Position numbers and translations under genes: made by a program. From NCBI RefSeq assembly GCF_023055435.1, contig NW_025964301.1:1550001-1614000 (forward strand): a stretch of DNA of 64,000 bases, written 5' to 3'. Positions 11,053-22,490 of the stretch are shown piece after piece. Position 1 is the stretch's first letter; each line of letters begins with the position of its first letter. The notes beneath the pieces are model-generated. The model worked only from the letters and a program-made list of their open reading frames with translations, was not told the DNA's origin and did not search any database. The DNA is from Haliotis rufescens (lineage: Eukaryota).

Positions 11053-12264
11053 TCAAGCGTCCATCTTGCGAGCACGGAACACACCCCTGAAGAAGCCGGT
11101 CACACGAGATCTGATGGTTCTCACAGTGGACTGGGGCTGTGTGACTTCCTCGTGGAGGTCAATCTCTTCGAAGTGGGAGGCATCAGGGAGGGTGGGGCTG
11201 GTGAGGGACACGGAGGTGGACACGGGGGTAGGGGTGTGGGAGGCGGGCAGTTCAGACAGGGGGTCAAGGATGGTGAAGTATCGGCACGTAGCACGCTGAT
11301 AGGAAGGTGGAGAAGAATTTATAGACAGAGATAGAAAGAGGTGGACGTGTATGTTACAAGCAGCATTGGATGTGTGTTATGCTGTTAGAGAAATATGAGA
11401 GGAAGACACAATGAACAGAAGTGCCTGGTGGCACTAGCTATCGATAGTACTTATTACATATGTCAAGAATACAAATCTCAGGCAAAAGTTGTGTTAAAAA
11501 TACATGCACTTAGATGAAATAAAATAGTCAACAAACATGATGTTATTATTCCCGATTCAACCTACTTGGCGGGGAGGGGCCCAGATATCAAAGTTCAGGG
11601 GGAATCTGATGATCAGATCTACAGGTGCAACAGCAAAGAAGAAAGACATATAAAAAAGTTGGTTTTTTTAATATCCTAAATTTAGCTTTCAAAACATGCT
11701 GTAAATAACGCCGTGAGTGGTGATTTAGTAATGTGTAAAAAATGGCGACATTTACGATGTACCTAATTTTCAGGTCATTTTTAGTACTTTTGCTTGGCCT
11801 AAAATGCGAGTGAACGTTATCACAGAAAAGGGAATTTCCTACATTATTCAAAACTGTGAAGTGTTTCTGTGTGTGTGATGTATTTTGAATTTTATTCGAC
11901 TTCAAAGTTGGGGTTGAAGAGGAGGGACATATATGTCCCTCTGGCATCCAGGGGGTTATTTGATCTTTTTTGTTTTCAAAATTTCGCTCGCGAATACTTC
12001 GCGGATGATCACTAGCAATTCTATGCATGGGAACGTTCAATGCTTTCATGCAACAAAGTCTGAGAAAACCAAAACGGCAACATCGCCAGCTCAAAAAACT
12101 ACAAAACACAATCGAACTGTTATTGAAATTAAACATATCTGTTCGAGTTGGGCTCCTATGCATCGATTAAAACAAAGAAATAAGGGTGTAATGAGACGAA
12201 ATGTCCGAACCAATGAGACCTAGATACCTTTATCGTACTGGTTCATATTAGCGTAGGTAGACAT
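11053..12264 (-). CDS. Orphan 110-aa protein, copy 4 (S101G); exons 12264-12228, 11618-11566, 11295-11053
   Basis: Same splice sites and exon lengths; ORF intact. Confidence 0.78.
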
Positions 12265-12643
12265 GATCCCAATACAACGTAGACAAGTGATGAATACTGA
12301 GTGTGACAAGTTCAGTGACAGCAATGGCGATGACCGTTTAGATCAAGAGTGAATCGTCGTCAAGGCAACGTCATGAATCTCGCGAGAAAGTAGTAGAATC
12401 TCGTAGCCGTCCAGATGAAACACTCTCAACCCTCTGAGCAGATGGAGATATCAAACCTGACACATGTCGCATTTATGTACGAACACCAGCATTTATTACT
12501 CAAAATAAACTTTATACGACCCCCTTGTCAAAGGGGGGCTACTCTAATCCTGTGAGATCGCCAAATGGAGTTACGCCCCCTCGATGTTTTCGCAAATGTT
12601 GAAAGAGTTTCGTTGAAAGTCATTGAAATCGAATAGGTCTGTG
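12265..12643. promoter_or_regulatory. Probable bidirectional promoter between orphan copy 4 and tRNase Z
   Basis: 379 bp between divergent ATGs. Contains the palindrome TCTCGCGAGA (BANP/Kaiso-type promoter motif) at 12378-12387 next to a CRE half-site ACGTCA. The motif is repeated at 2436, 5050 and 9770. Confidence 0.65.
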
Positions 12644-15600
12644 ATGCAATCATGTTACAAGGGTTTGTTCATTTCAACCTCCCGAACGGTAAGGTTGTCA
12701 TGGTTTCCAGTGTGCCGGAGACACTTCATTAGAAGGAGAATGGATGACATTCAGAAATGGATCCAGTGTGGACGATACCGGGTTTTCGCCTGGTCCATAG
12801 CAGGCATGGAGACGAGCGTGGTGGTGAAATCCAACGATCTGGAGGTGGCCTTTGACATGGGTTACTCATCTAGAGAGAGCATCAGATGCAGAGATGTATT
12901 CATCAGGTAATCCGGTAGTCAACTTTAGAGCGTCAGTTACAGGGATGTATTCATCAGGTAGTCAACTTGAGAGCATCAGTTACAGGGATGTATTCATCAG
13001 GTAGTCAACTTGAGAGCATCAGGTGCAGAGATGTATTCATCAGGTAGTCAACTTGAGAGCATCAGGTGCAGAGATGTATTCATCAGGTAATCACCTTGGA
13101 AGTGACAGTTACAGGGATCTGTTAATCCGGTAGTCAAATTGAGAGCATCAGTTACAGGGATGTATTCATCAGGTACTCAAATTGAGAGTGTCAGTTACAG
13201 GGATGTATTCATCAGGTAGTCAACTTGAGAGCCAACTTCAGTTACAGGGATGTATTCATCAAGTAGTCAAATTGAGAGCATCAGTTACAGGGATGTATTA
13301 ATTCGGTAGTCAAATTGAGAGCATCAGTTACAGGGATGTATTCATCAGGTATTTAGCTTGTTGAGAGCTTCAGTTACAGGGATGTATTAATCCGGAAGTC
13401 AACTTGAGAGCATCAGTTTCAGGGATGTATTCATCAGGTAATTAGCTTGTTGAGAGCGTCAGTTTACAGGGATGTATTCATCCGGTAGTCAGCTTGAGAG
13501 CATCAGTTTCAGGGATGTATTCATCAGGTAATTAGCTTGTTGAGAGCGTCAGTTACAGGGATGTATTAATCCGGAAGTCAACTTGAGAGCATCAGTTTCA
13601 GGGATGTATTCATCAGGTAATTAGCTTGTTGAGAGCGTCAGTTTACAGGGATGTATTCATCCGGTAGTCAACTTGAGAGAGTTATTATTGGTAGTTTGCA
13701 AGTGACCATGTGAGTTTGATTTAATTGATTTCCGTACCATGGTAAAATAAAAATAAGGTGCCGTTTTTGCCAGGCAATAGTAGCTGTTTTCCCTTTTGGC
13801 AAGGAGACGTTTTCGCAAATCGGTGTCATTTTCACTTGGTGATGTTATGCTGAGATGCTGTATTAGCTGTAAGCCAGATATAATACCCTACACTAATGAG
13901 GATGTCATAACTGACCCGGGGATGTTTGTGTTCAGCCACGGCCACATGGACCACATCGCGGCATTGCCTCACCACGCCGCCAAGCGAAGTCTGTTCAGTC
14001 TTCCCCGCCCTAACTACTACGTCCCCGCACATCTCCCCGACCTCATCCAATCTGTTGCCCAGGGATACAAGAGTATAGATGAGACGACCACAGCACTGAC
14101 CAACATGAGCATTGTGCCGCTCGGTCCAGATGATGTCGCCAAGGTGAGAGTGTTCTACTGAAACCTATGGTTATATTACTTATATTTCTTTCCATATTAT
14201 AACTGTATGTCTACGTGTAACTGTTATATTTGAAATAACACTTTCTTAATAAAGTACAGATTCGTGTACTTTTTTGGCATGAGTCCCGTCCAGGATTCGA
14301 ACCCACACTGCCAGAGTGAGGCACCTAATCGCCAGCACACAAAGTCAGCGATCTAACCCACTCAGCCACCGAGGCTTCCACAAAAATGAAGTCTGACAAC
14401 TGGTAGTCTAGATAACATACTTTGTGTACCCCTCTGACAAGTGTAAATTGGCATAGCCAAAAGCTATGAACACACAATGCCATTTAGAAAGTGGTCAAAT
14501 GTAACAAATGTTATATTTGGGATAACACTTTCTTAGTAAAGTACAGATTCTCGTACTTTTCCTATATGTCTACATGTCTATATACTGGTGGGAAACAGTT
14601 CCTGTATGTCTACATGTCTATATACTAGTGGGATCAGTTCCTGTATGTCTACATGTCCATATACTGGTGGGAAACAGTTCCTGTATGTCTACATGTCTCT
14701 ATACTAGTGGGATCAGTTCCTGTGTGCCATCATAACTCAAAGTAAATTAAAATTACCATGGATTTTTCAGATTCATGCATGATAATCACATGTACAAACA
14801 CTTTGTTTTGATTACTATGATTACCCGGTGGTTGTCATGGTTATTGTGATTATCAAGAACCATGAATTAAGCCATGACATGACAAAGGCACGGTACAGAC
14901 ATCAGAAACTAGATTGATACCTGTCATAGATGCCAGAATTTGATCAGGAGCCATCTTTGTTTCTTTTTTATGTTAATCCTGATAATCACTTTATCAGTTA
15001 ATCCTAACCAGGGATTTACAAAAACTAGACCTGCTCAGAGGCCGATACTTTGCCACACATCTGCAGCAATTGTCAGTTGGGCTGGCTATCGATGCAGATC
15101 ATAGAGATCGATAACTGTTAACTAAATATCGATCAATTATTGATTAATATCAGAGAAGTAACTTTAAGCAAATATGCTAAAAAGTCTGAACGAAATCAAG
15201 ACACTTCATGCCACTGATAAGTGGTGACACATTTATGACATTTGTAGACAAAAATGGGGGGCACGGGTGGCCCAGTCGTCTAAGGCGCCGTGATTCGCTG
15301 TGCAGAGTTGTGTCCCTTGGGCATGCCAGAAACCTATGATTGTGGGTTTGTATCCCGGTTCGCCCCAATTATGTTTCTAGGTTTGTCAGCACCATACCCG
15401 TGCTCGTTGGTTTCACCGAAGTGGTCAACGTCTGAGACATGCAACACTTCGGGCTTTCCTCCCACATTAAGCTGACACGCCGTGATATAACTGGAATACT
15501 GTTAAAAGAGGCGTTAAACCCAACTCACTCACTCACTAAAACAAAAAGAGTTGCTTTCCATCTCTGTCAATTGACATGATTGACAATAACAAGTCTGTTT

Positions 15601-17809
15601 AGGTAAGTTTAAATTTTATTTCGTCACAATTGTTCTTGTAAGATATTATCAATGACACAATTTTCATATTGATTATCGTTGATATTTCTTCTCATGGACG
15701 ATACCGGTAATGCCAATTATCGATCTTTTTAGCCAGCCCTAATTCTCAGTAAAAAATTCCAGATGGGAATTAAAAAGTTTCCATTTCTTTTAGATTTAGT
15801 TGTAACAAATATGACGGTTTGGTCGGGGTGACTTGTAGTCCACTGGTAACAGGACCAAACACATGGCGGAGACTTAAATTGACATTATTGCATTGAATAC
15901 AATGTTGCAATGCAATGTTAAATTACCTCTGAAAATCAGAAAAACTGAATTTTCAAAGACTTTAAATTTTGAACAAAATAATACTTTTTCTCAATTTTCC
16001 TGCCAAGGGCTCTTAGTTTGGATAATCTATGCCCTACCATTTCCCCTACAGCTGCCTAAAGGGTACACTGTGAAGTCGTTCCCCACGGTCCACCGCATCC
16101 CTAGCCAGGGCTACATCGTGTACAAGACGAGCCAGCAGCTGAAGCCAGAGTTCCAGGACCAGCCCGGCACCGACCTGGGCGCCCTACACCGGAGTGGTGT
16201 CCAGATACACGACACCATTACCACACCAGAGATAGCCTACCTGGGTGAGACAGTTCACTTCTACTATGCTGCACAGTTGTGTCCCTTTGTTTGCCAGGAT
16301 CTGCTGATAGGGTTCGAATCCTATTTTGAGCCTTGGTCTGCACCAGTGTCGCTATCATTCCTCTGTGAACTGCCCCATTTTTGGGTACCACCCACATTAA
16401 TTGATTGTTTGTTGTTTAACACCGCACTCAACAATATTTCAGCTATATGATGGCGGTCTGTAAATAATCAATTTTGGACCAGACAAACCAGTGATTGACA
16501 CCATGAATATAGATCTATGCAACTGGGATACAATGAAACACATCAACCAAGTCAGCAAGCCTGACTACCCGATCCCTCGTAGGGCAAGCTTGGGTTGCTA
16601 AAGACCAATTCTAACCTGCACTGGTTCCACTTTAATTAAATGGTCCTTCATGATAGAACTGAAATACTGTTTCAGGTGAGGTGAAATGTGGTTTAACATC
16701 GCGTTCAAGGTTATTGTATTTACAGGGGTTTACCTTGAATTACAAAACTGTAAAATGTTTTTCTGCGTCCGTTCTATACATTTGTGTGTTGTGGAAAGCC
16801 CTGATTTATAAAGCAACATGCATGCATGTGTGTTTGTATGTGTGTATGTGTCTGCTTGTACTAGTCCGGACTAATACCACATGTGACAGTGAAGCTGTAG
16901 CGAGAATTAAGCTGTAAACATTTCAGTGTATAGTCTGGAAGGTAATTTAAGGTACCTACATTTACTACAATATTTGAAAAACTATTGGACCTACTCCAGT
17001 CAAAGTTGGTATGAGATTATTAAACAGTCATACATAACTGGATATTACATTTAAAGACAATCGGTGCATGAATAAAAAATCTCTATTTAGCTATCACTAT
17101 ATTTCATCAACAACCAGACCTGTTCGTCACGGGTGGAACGAGCATGCATTAAAACAGCCATCTACTTAATGCTACCCCTGCGTCACAGGGCCATATGACA
17201 CAGTTGAACCAATCAACTCAACTCGAAAGGGTGCACGGGAATCACGCACATTGAGACGCCCAACGCTAACACCGTATTCGTGCGTGCGTGATTCCCATGC
17301 AACCTTTGTATGACTGTTTTATAATCTCATACCAACTTTGACTGGAGTAGGTCCGATAGTTTTTCAGATATTGTAGTAAACGTCGGTACCTTAAATTACC
17401 TTCCAGACTTTAGCACCAATGTAAGCTAGTCGTGAGTGAGATTATCAGGATGCTCATTCAATCTTCTTGACTCATATTCTCTCTTTCAGGTGACACGACC
17501 TTCGAAGTGTTTCTTTCACCTCCAACCCCTGACCTGTTGAAGGTCAAGGTCATAATAACAGAGGCCACATACATTGAAGAGACGGCTGGCAAGGATTATG
17601 TTGAACAGGCTCGGAAACGGGGCCACACGCATTTGTCCGAAATTGTGTCCAACTCGCATTTATTTGATGAGGTGGATAGTGTTGTGATCATGCATTTGTC
17701 AGACAAATACTCCGTTGACTTTATCAAGGACAGGTGTACCGAAATGATTCCGCTGCCATTTAGGAGAAAAGTCAGAATTGCGACTCTAGCAAAGGAGAAG
17801 ACGTCATGA
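12644..17809 (+). CDS. Short-form tRNase Z, TM-type / plant TRZ1-like (metallo-beta-lactamase fold); exons 12644(or 12740)-12906, 13936-14143, 16052-16244, 17490-17809; 327 or 295 aa
   Basis: GT-AG introns with consistent phases (2,0,1). Motifs WSIAGMETS, AFDMG, FIS-HGHMDH, TVHRIPSQGY, QLKPEF, PEIAYLGDT, TEAT, GHTH, MHLSDKY occur in the order of Arabidopsis TRZ1. Confidence 0.93.
12875..13679 (+). repeat. 43-bp minisatellite (~18-19 copies) derived from the exon1/intron1 junction of tRNase Z
   Basis: Unit gagagcatcagttacagggatgtattcatcag|gtagtcaactt; the first copy is the coding end of exon 1. Confidence 0.93.
14222..14561 (-). repeat. tRNA-like segment (14375-14280) bracketed by ~53-bp direct repeats
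   Basis: Minus strand A box TGGCTGAGTGG and B box GGTTCGAATCC. tgttatatttg..ataacactttctta.taaagtacagattc..gtactttt occurs at ~14222 and ~14509. Confidence 0.6.
14562..14722. repeat. 39-40-bp minisatellite, ~4 copies
   Basis: ctgtatgtctacatgtctatatactggtgggaaacagttc repeated. Confidence 0.9.
15256..15537 (+). mobile_element. SINE family A (tRNA-derived head, (ACTC)n tail), inside a probable hAT-like MITE (~15078-15740)
   Basis: A box TGGCCCAGTCG, B-box-like GGTTTGTATCC; near-identical copies elsewhere in the window. Confidence 0.9.
16931..17410. mobile_element. MITE with ~105-bp terminal inverted repeats (TAGTCTGG... ends) in tRNase Z intron 3
   Basis: tagtctggaaggtaatttaaggtacc... / ...ggtaccttaaattaccttccagact. 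Confidence 0.85.
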
Positions 17810-17865
17810 TGATATTTTTGAATATTGAGTCGTTTCCTACAACTGCCATTGTGTCATTGTCATCA

Positions 17866-18267
17866 CAGAGCTGCGTATTTGCATAAATACGCATTAAATA
17901 CACTGACATACACAGACAAATCAAATCCTATCATATCAAATATGCAAAAAAAACTATAAATAAGCTATTGAAATAAAATTAATGCGTATATTACAACTGT
18001 TAGATAAAACATTTGCGTATATTACAACTGTTAGATAAAATAATTGTGTATCAGGCGATCGCCAAATTCACTTACCGACAGTTACATTCGGAAAAGCAGA
18101 CAGGTATATAGTTATTAAATGATTTACAGAGATTGTTACGCAACAGGTTTTCAACTTAAAATACCAAGATGTCAAGAACCAGGTGGGTAAAAAAAAATTG
18201 AATACCCAATCCAAATCAAACTCCTGGGTAAAATACACAAATAACCAAAAAATTATCTATAGCTCTG
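17866..18267. mobile_element. CAGAGCT-ended MITE in the tRNase Z 3' region, related to 50209-51146
   Basis: cagagct...agctctg ends; internal similarity (gcgtatt, aatacccaat, gggtaaaatac) to the 50.2-kb element. Confidence 0.65.
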
Positions 18268-18469
18268 TCATCATGTCATGTCATTGTAGGTGTCATGACG
18301 TCAGTGTCATTGTGTCGGTGTCACTGTCAGTGTGTCGGCAGAGATCTGTCCATGAATCAGTGTGCAATGTTCACAGCAAACCCACACAGATAAGTCTTAT
18401 AGCATGTAAATGAAAATATTTCACAAAACTAGGTGTCAGGTTTCAAATGATACACAAACATGTTGAGAG

Positions 18470-18810
18470 GTGTGAGGTGAAATTGGGTTTAACGTTGCGT
18501 CCAAGATTATTGCACTTACATAGCGACGTGCATGTACGTGTATGTGTTTGTGTGGCTGCTTGTACTAGTCCGGACTGATGCCGATTTATAGTGCTAGCTC
18601 ACTGAGATACCATGCCGCAGTTTAACATGAATACCCCACTCAGACACAGTATACTGACTCCGAGCCGACCAGTCCTTGATTTAGCCCCTTAATGCCGAGC
18701 GCCAGACAGGGTAACAACAAGTACCATCTTTTAACGTTTTTTGGTATGACGCGGCCCTGGACCTTCCGCTCTCCGGGCGGACGCTCTACCACTAGACCAC
18801 GGAGGTGGTT
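18470..18810 (-). mobile_element. SINE family C (tRNA-derived head, cacct tail)
   Basis: 12-bp TSD acatgttgagag. Other copies or fragments at ~16675, 29177, 36810-37380, 53800-54090, 55165-55770, 62445. Confidence 0.88.
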
Positions 18811-20594
18811 ACATGTTGAGAGATTCTGCTCATCTCCCAACAACACAAATACTACTGCATTCATATTGTCATCATATATTCGCAAGTGACCACTCTCTTG
18901 GACTCACAGAGTAAATCCCGATTCCTTTCACATCTCCATCTCTAGGTACAGCAAGGCTTGTTACATGAAGAGGTTCTGAAAAACTGGACCCGTGAAGATC
19001 CGTGTAGAGAATAGGTCTTCAGCAACCCATGCTTGCCATAAAAGGCGACTATGCTTGTCGTAAGAGGCGACTAACGGGTTCAGGTGGTCAGACTCAAGTG
19101 ATTTGTGATGGAGAAATCCTGAGGATCTGTTATTTCTTCTTACAGAATCAAGTTTCTGTCTTACCATATACGACGTAATAAGCGGTTTATGCTGACAGCC
19201 TGAAATGATATAAAAGAAGAATCTGTGTGTATTATACACGATAGATATATTTTCGAGCATTTAATTGCCTATAATTAAGGGTGCACATAACACACGAGTG
19301 CGTATTATACACAAATAAATAAGTCTTGTGTACATTGATCAATCGGAAAGGGTGCTAATTGGGATTGTTCACTAGACAATATATTAGCAAATATCACCAT
19401 GGGCGCTTATTAGAGGGGGGCGCTTATTACGTCGAATACGGTAAACCATGTTATGGTTGATGGTTCTCTGTAGATTTGAATGATAACTTATAGTTGCATC
19501 AGTTTTACTTGTTAAAATGCACGTTCAGAATTTCATGTGAATTCTGGTTCAGAACCAACGACAAGAACAATGACGTCATCGTCATGGTTTAAGTGTGATC
19601 ACTTACATTTTACATGTTCTATATGTTTGTAGAAAACATATTTGAAAATGTATTTAAACTTATGGATGGGAAGATATTCATTAGGTCACCATCTTAGATC
19701 TTTGAAAGAAATACAACCCTAATTAAAACTTCACTTGTGATTTGATAGGATATATTTAGAGAGCTATTCACATAAGGTACTTTACAGGCATAAGGAGTCT
19801 TATATTGTTATTGTTAAAAAACACCAGATACTTAAATACTTTATGTTTTTTTAACCTTGGCCTCAATTTTTTGGGCTCCATGTTATTTTATAAACTATTC
19901 ATAATTATTTTTTTAAATAGAAAAGGTGTATGTGTGCCGTGAAACCCTTCTTTTGTTTACTGGTTAAATACTATCTGTACTGCAAAACCTATGTTATGTG
20001 TAGAAACACATTCTGTGTGAATCTATTTTTAGCCAGTAACCCTGCTGAGATTGCTCTGTTTATCCTTAAATAATTTTTGGTATTAGATGTCATATTGTGG
20101 GATTAGCTCATCCATTTGAAATAGCACTCCGATAAAAAATTAACTAACACTACTAGAGAGTGAGTGAGTGAGTGAACGAGTGTTGTACGTTACTTTTGGC
20201 ATTATTCCAGCAATATTCTGGCAGTCTTCACAGTGTACCATGTGGGGAACTGATGACTGAACACTTAAACCACAGTTAAAGTGCCTCAGGGTGAGACCCA
20301 GTCCATGTTCTAGTTACCTCAGCTGCAGTTATTTTCATTCTTTTGAAATAAACAGTTTTTATATTCTGACAGTGCTGTGTTTTTCATACTCTGTCCAAGA
20401 TTCTGATTTTGTCCTGCTTGCTGTTTCATCCCACCAGAACAGTAAATTTCACCTCATGGACAGGGATGGGAGAAGATGAAATAGTATCCATTTATTTAAG
20501 AATCTGGTTTACAAATCTGCTGACTCGAAAATATTGAAATTTGAGAAGAAGCAAGACAAAAAAAAGTCAATTCTTTTATTCCTTTGACCTGAAA

Positions 20595-22490
20595 TCCACC
20601 ACTGCCCAGTGAGATGCACCACACACCCCTGCAGTCCCTGGATCAACCACTGCCCAGTGAGATGCACCACACACCCCTGCAATCCTGGATCCACCACTGC
20701 CCAGTGAGATGCACCACACATCCCTGCAATCCCTGGATCCACCACTGCCCAGTGAGATCCACCACACACCCCTGCAATCCCTGGATCTACCACTGCCCAG
20801 TGAGATGCACCACACATCCCTTCAATCCCTGGATCTACCACTGCCCAGTGAGATGCACCACACATCCCTGCAATCCCTGGATCCAACAATGTCCAGTGAG
20901 ATGCACCACACACCCCTGCAAACCCTGGATCTACCACTGCCCAGTGAGATGGACCACACACCCCTGCAATCCCTGGATCCACCACTGCCCAGTGAGATGC
21001 ACCACACACCCCTGCAATCCCTGGATCCACCACTGCCCAGTGAGATGCACCACACACCCCTGCAATCCCTGGATCCACCACTACCCAGTGAGATGCACCA
21101 CATATCCCTGCAATCCCTGGATCCACCACTGCCCAGTGAGATGCACCACACAACCCTGCAATCCCTGGATCCACCACTACCCAGTGAGATGCACCACACA
21201 CCCCTGCAATCCCTGGATCCACCACTGCCCAGTGAGATGCACCACACACCCCTGCAATCCCTGGATCCACCACTACCCAGTGAGATGCACCACATATCCC
21301 TGCAATCCCTGGATCCACCACTGCCCAGTGAGATGCACCACACAACCCTGCAAACCCTGGATCTACCACTGCCCAGTGAGATGCACCACACACCCCTGCA
21401 ATCCCTGGATCCACCACTGCCCAGTGAGATGCACCACACACCCCTGCAATCCCTGGATCCACCACTGCCCAGTGAGATGCACCACACACCCCTGCAATCC
21501 CTGGATCCACCACTGCCCAGTGAGATGCACCACACATCCCTTCAATCCCTGGATCCACCACTGCCCAGTGAGATGCACCACACACCCCTCCAGTCCCTTG
21601 ATCCACCACTGCCCAGTCAGATGCACCACACACCTCTGCAATCCCTGGATCCACCACTGCCCAGTCAGATGCACCACACAACCCTGCAATCCCTGGATCC
21701 ACCACTGCCCAGTGAGATGCACCACACGCACCTGCAATCCCTGGATCAACCACTGCCCAGTGAGATGCACCACACACAACTGCAGTCCCTTGATCTACCA
21801 CTGCCCAGTGAGATGCACCACACGCACCTGCAATCCCTGGATCAACCACTGCCCAGTGAGATGCACCACACATCCCTTCAATCCCTGGATCCACCACTGC
21901 CCAGTGAGATGCACCACACGCACCTGCAATCCTGGATCTACCACTGCCCAGTGAGATGCACCACACGCACCTGCAATCCCTGGATCTACCACTGCCCAGT
22001 GAGATGCACCACACATCCCTTCAATTCCTGGATCCACCACTGCCCAGTGAGATGCACCACACACCCCTCCAGTCCCTTGATCCACCACTGCCCAGTCAGA
22101 TGCACCACACACCTCTGCAATCCCTGGATCCACCACTGCCCAGTGAGATGCACCACACAACCCTGCAGTCCCTGGATCCACCACTGCCCAGTGAGATGCA
22201 CCACACACCACTGCAGTCCCTGGATCTACCACTGCCCAGTGAGATGCACCACACATCCCTTCAATCCCTGGATCCACCACTGCCCAGTGAGATGCACCAC
22301 ACACAACTGCAATCCCTGGATCCACCACTGCCCAGTGAGATGCACCACACACCCCAGCAATCCCTGGATCCACCACTACCCAGTGAGATGCACCACACAC
22401 CCCAGCAATCCCTGGATCCACCACTGCCCAGTGAGATGCACCACACAACCCTGCAATCCCTGGATCTATCCCTGCCATCCCTGGATCAAC
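20595..22490. repeat. 48-bp minisatellite, ~39 copies
   Basis: ccactgcccagtgagatgcaccacacacccctgcaatccctggatcca; 16-aa periodic ORFs in several frames. Confidence 0.97.

Larger units (their letters stand above)
93..12612. repeat. Tandem array of four ~2.6-kb units (93-2667, 2668-5281, 5282-10001 including a 2.1-kb insertion, 10002-12612)
   Basis: The junction ...gttgaaagagtttCG-acc(c/t)ct... recurs at 2668, 5282 and 10002. Units align end to end with few SNPs/indels. Non-repeated sequence lies left of 93 and right of 12612. Confidence 0.97.

Noticed and set aside
11588-12163. 191-aa minus-strand ORF in orphan intron 1
   Set aside because: Broken by indels or stops in the other three copies; no recognisable domain.
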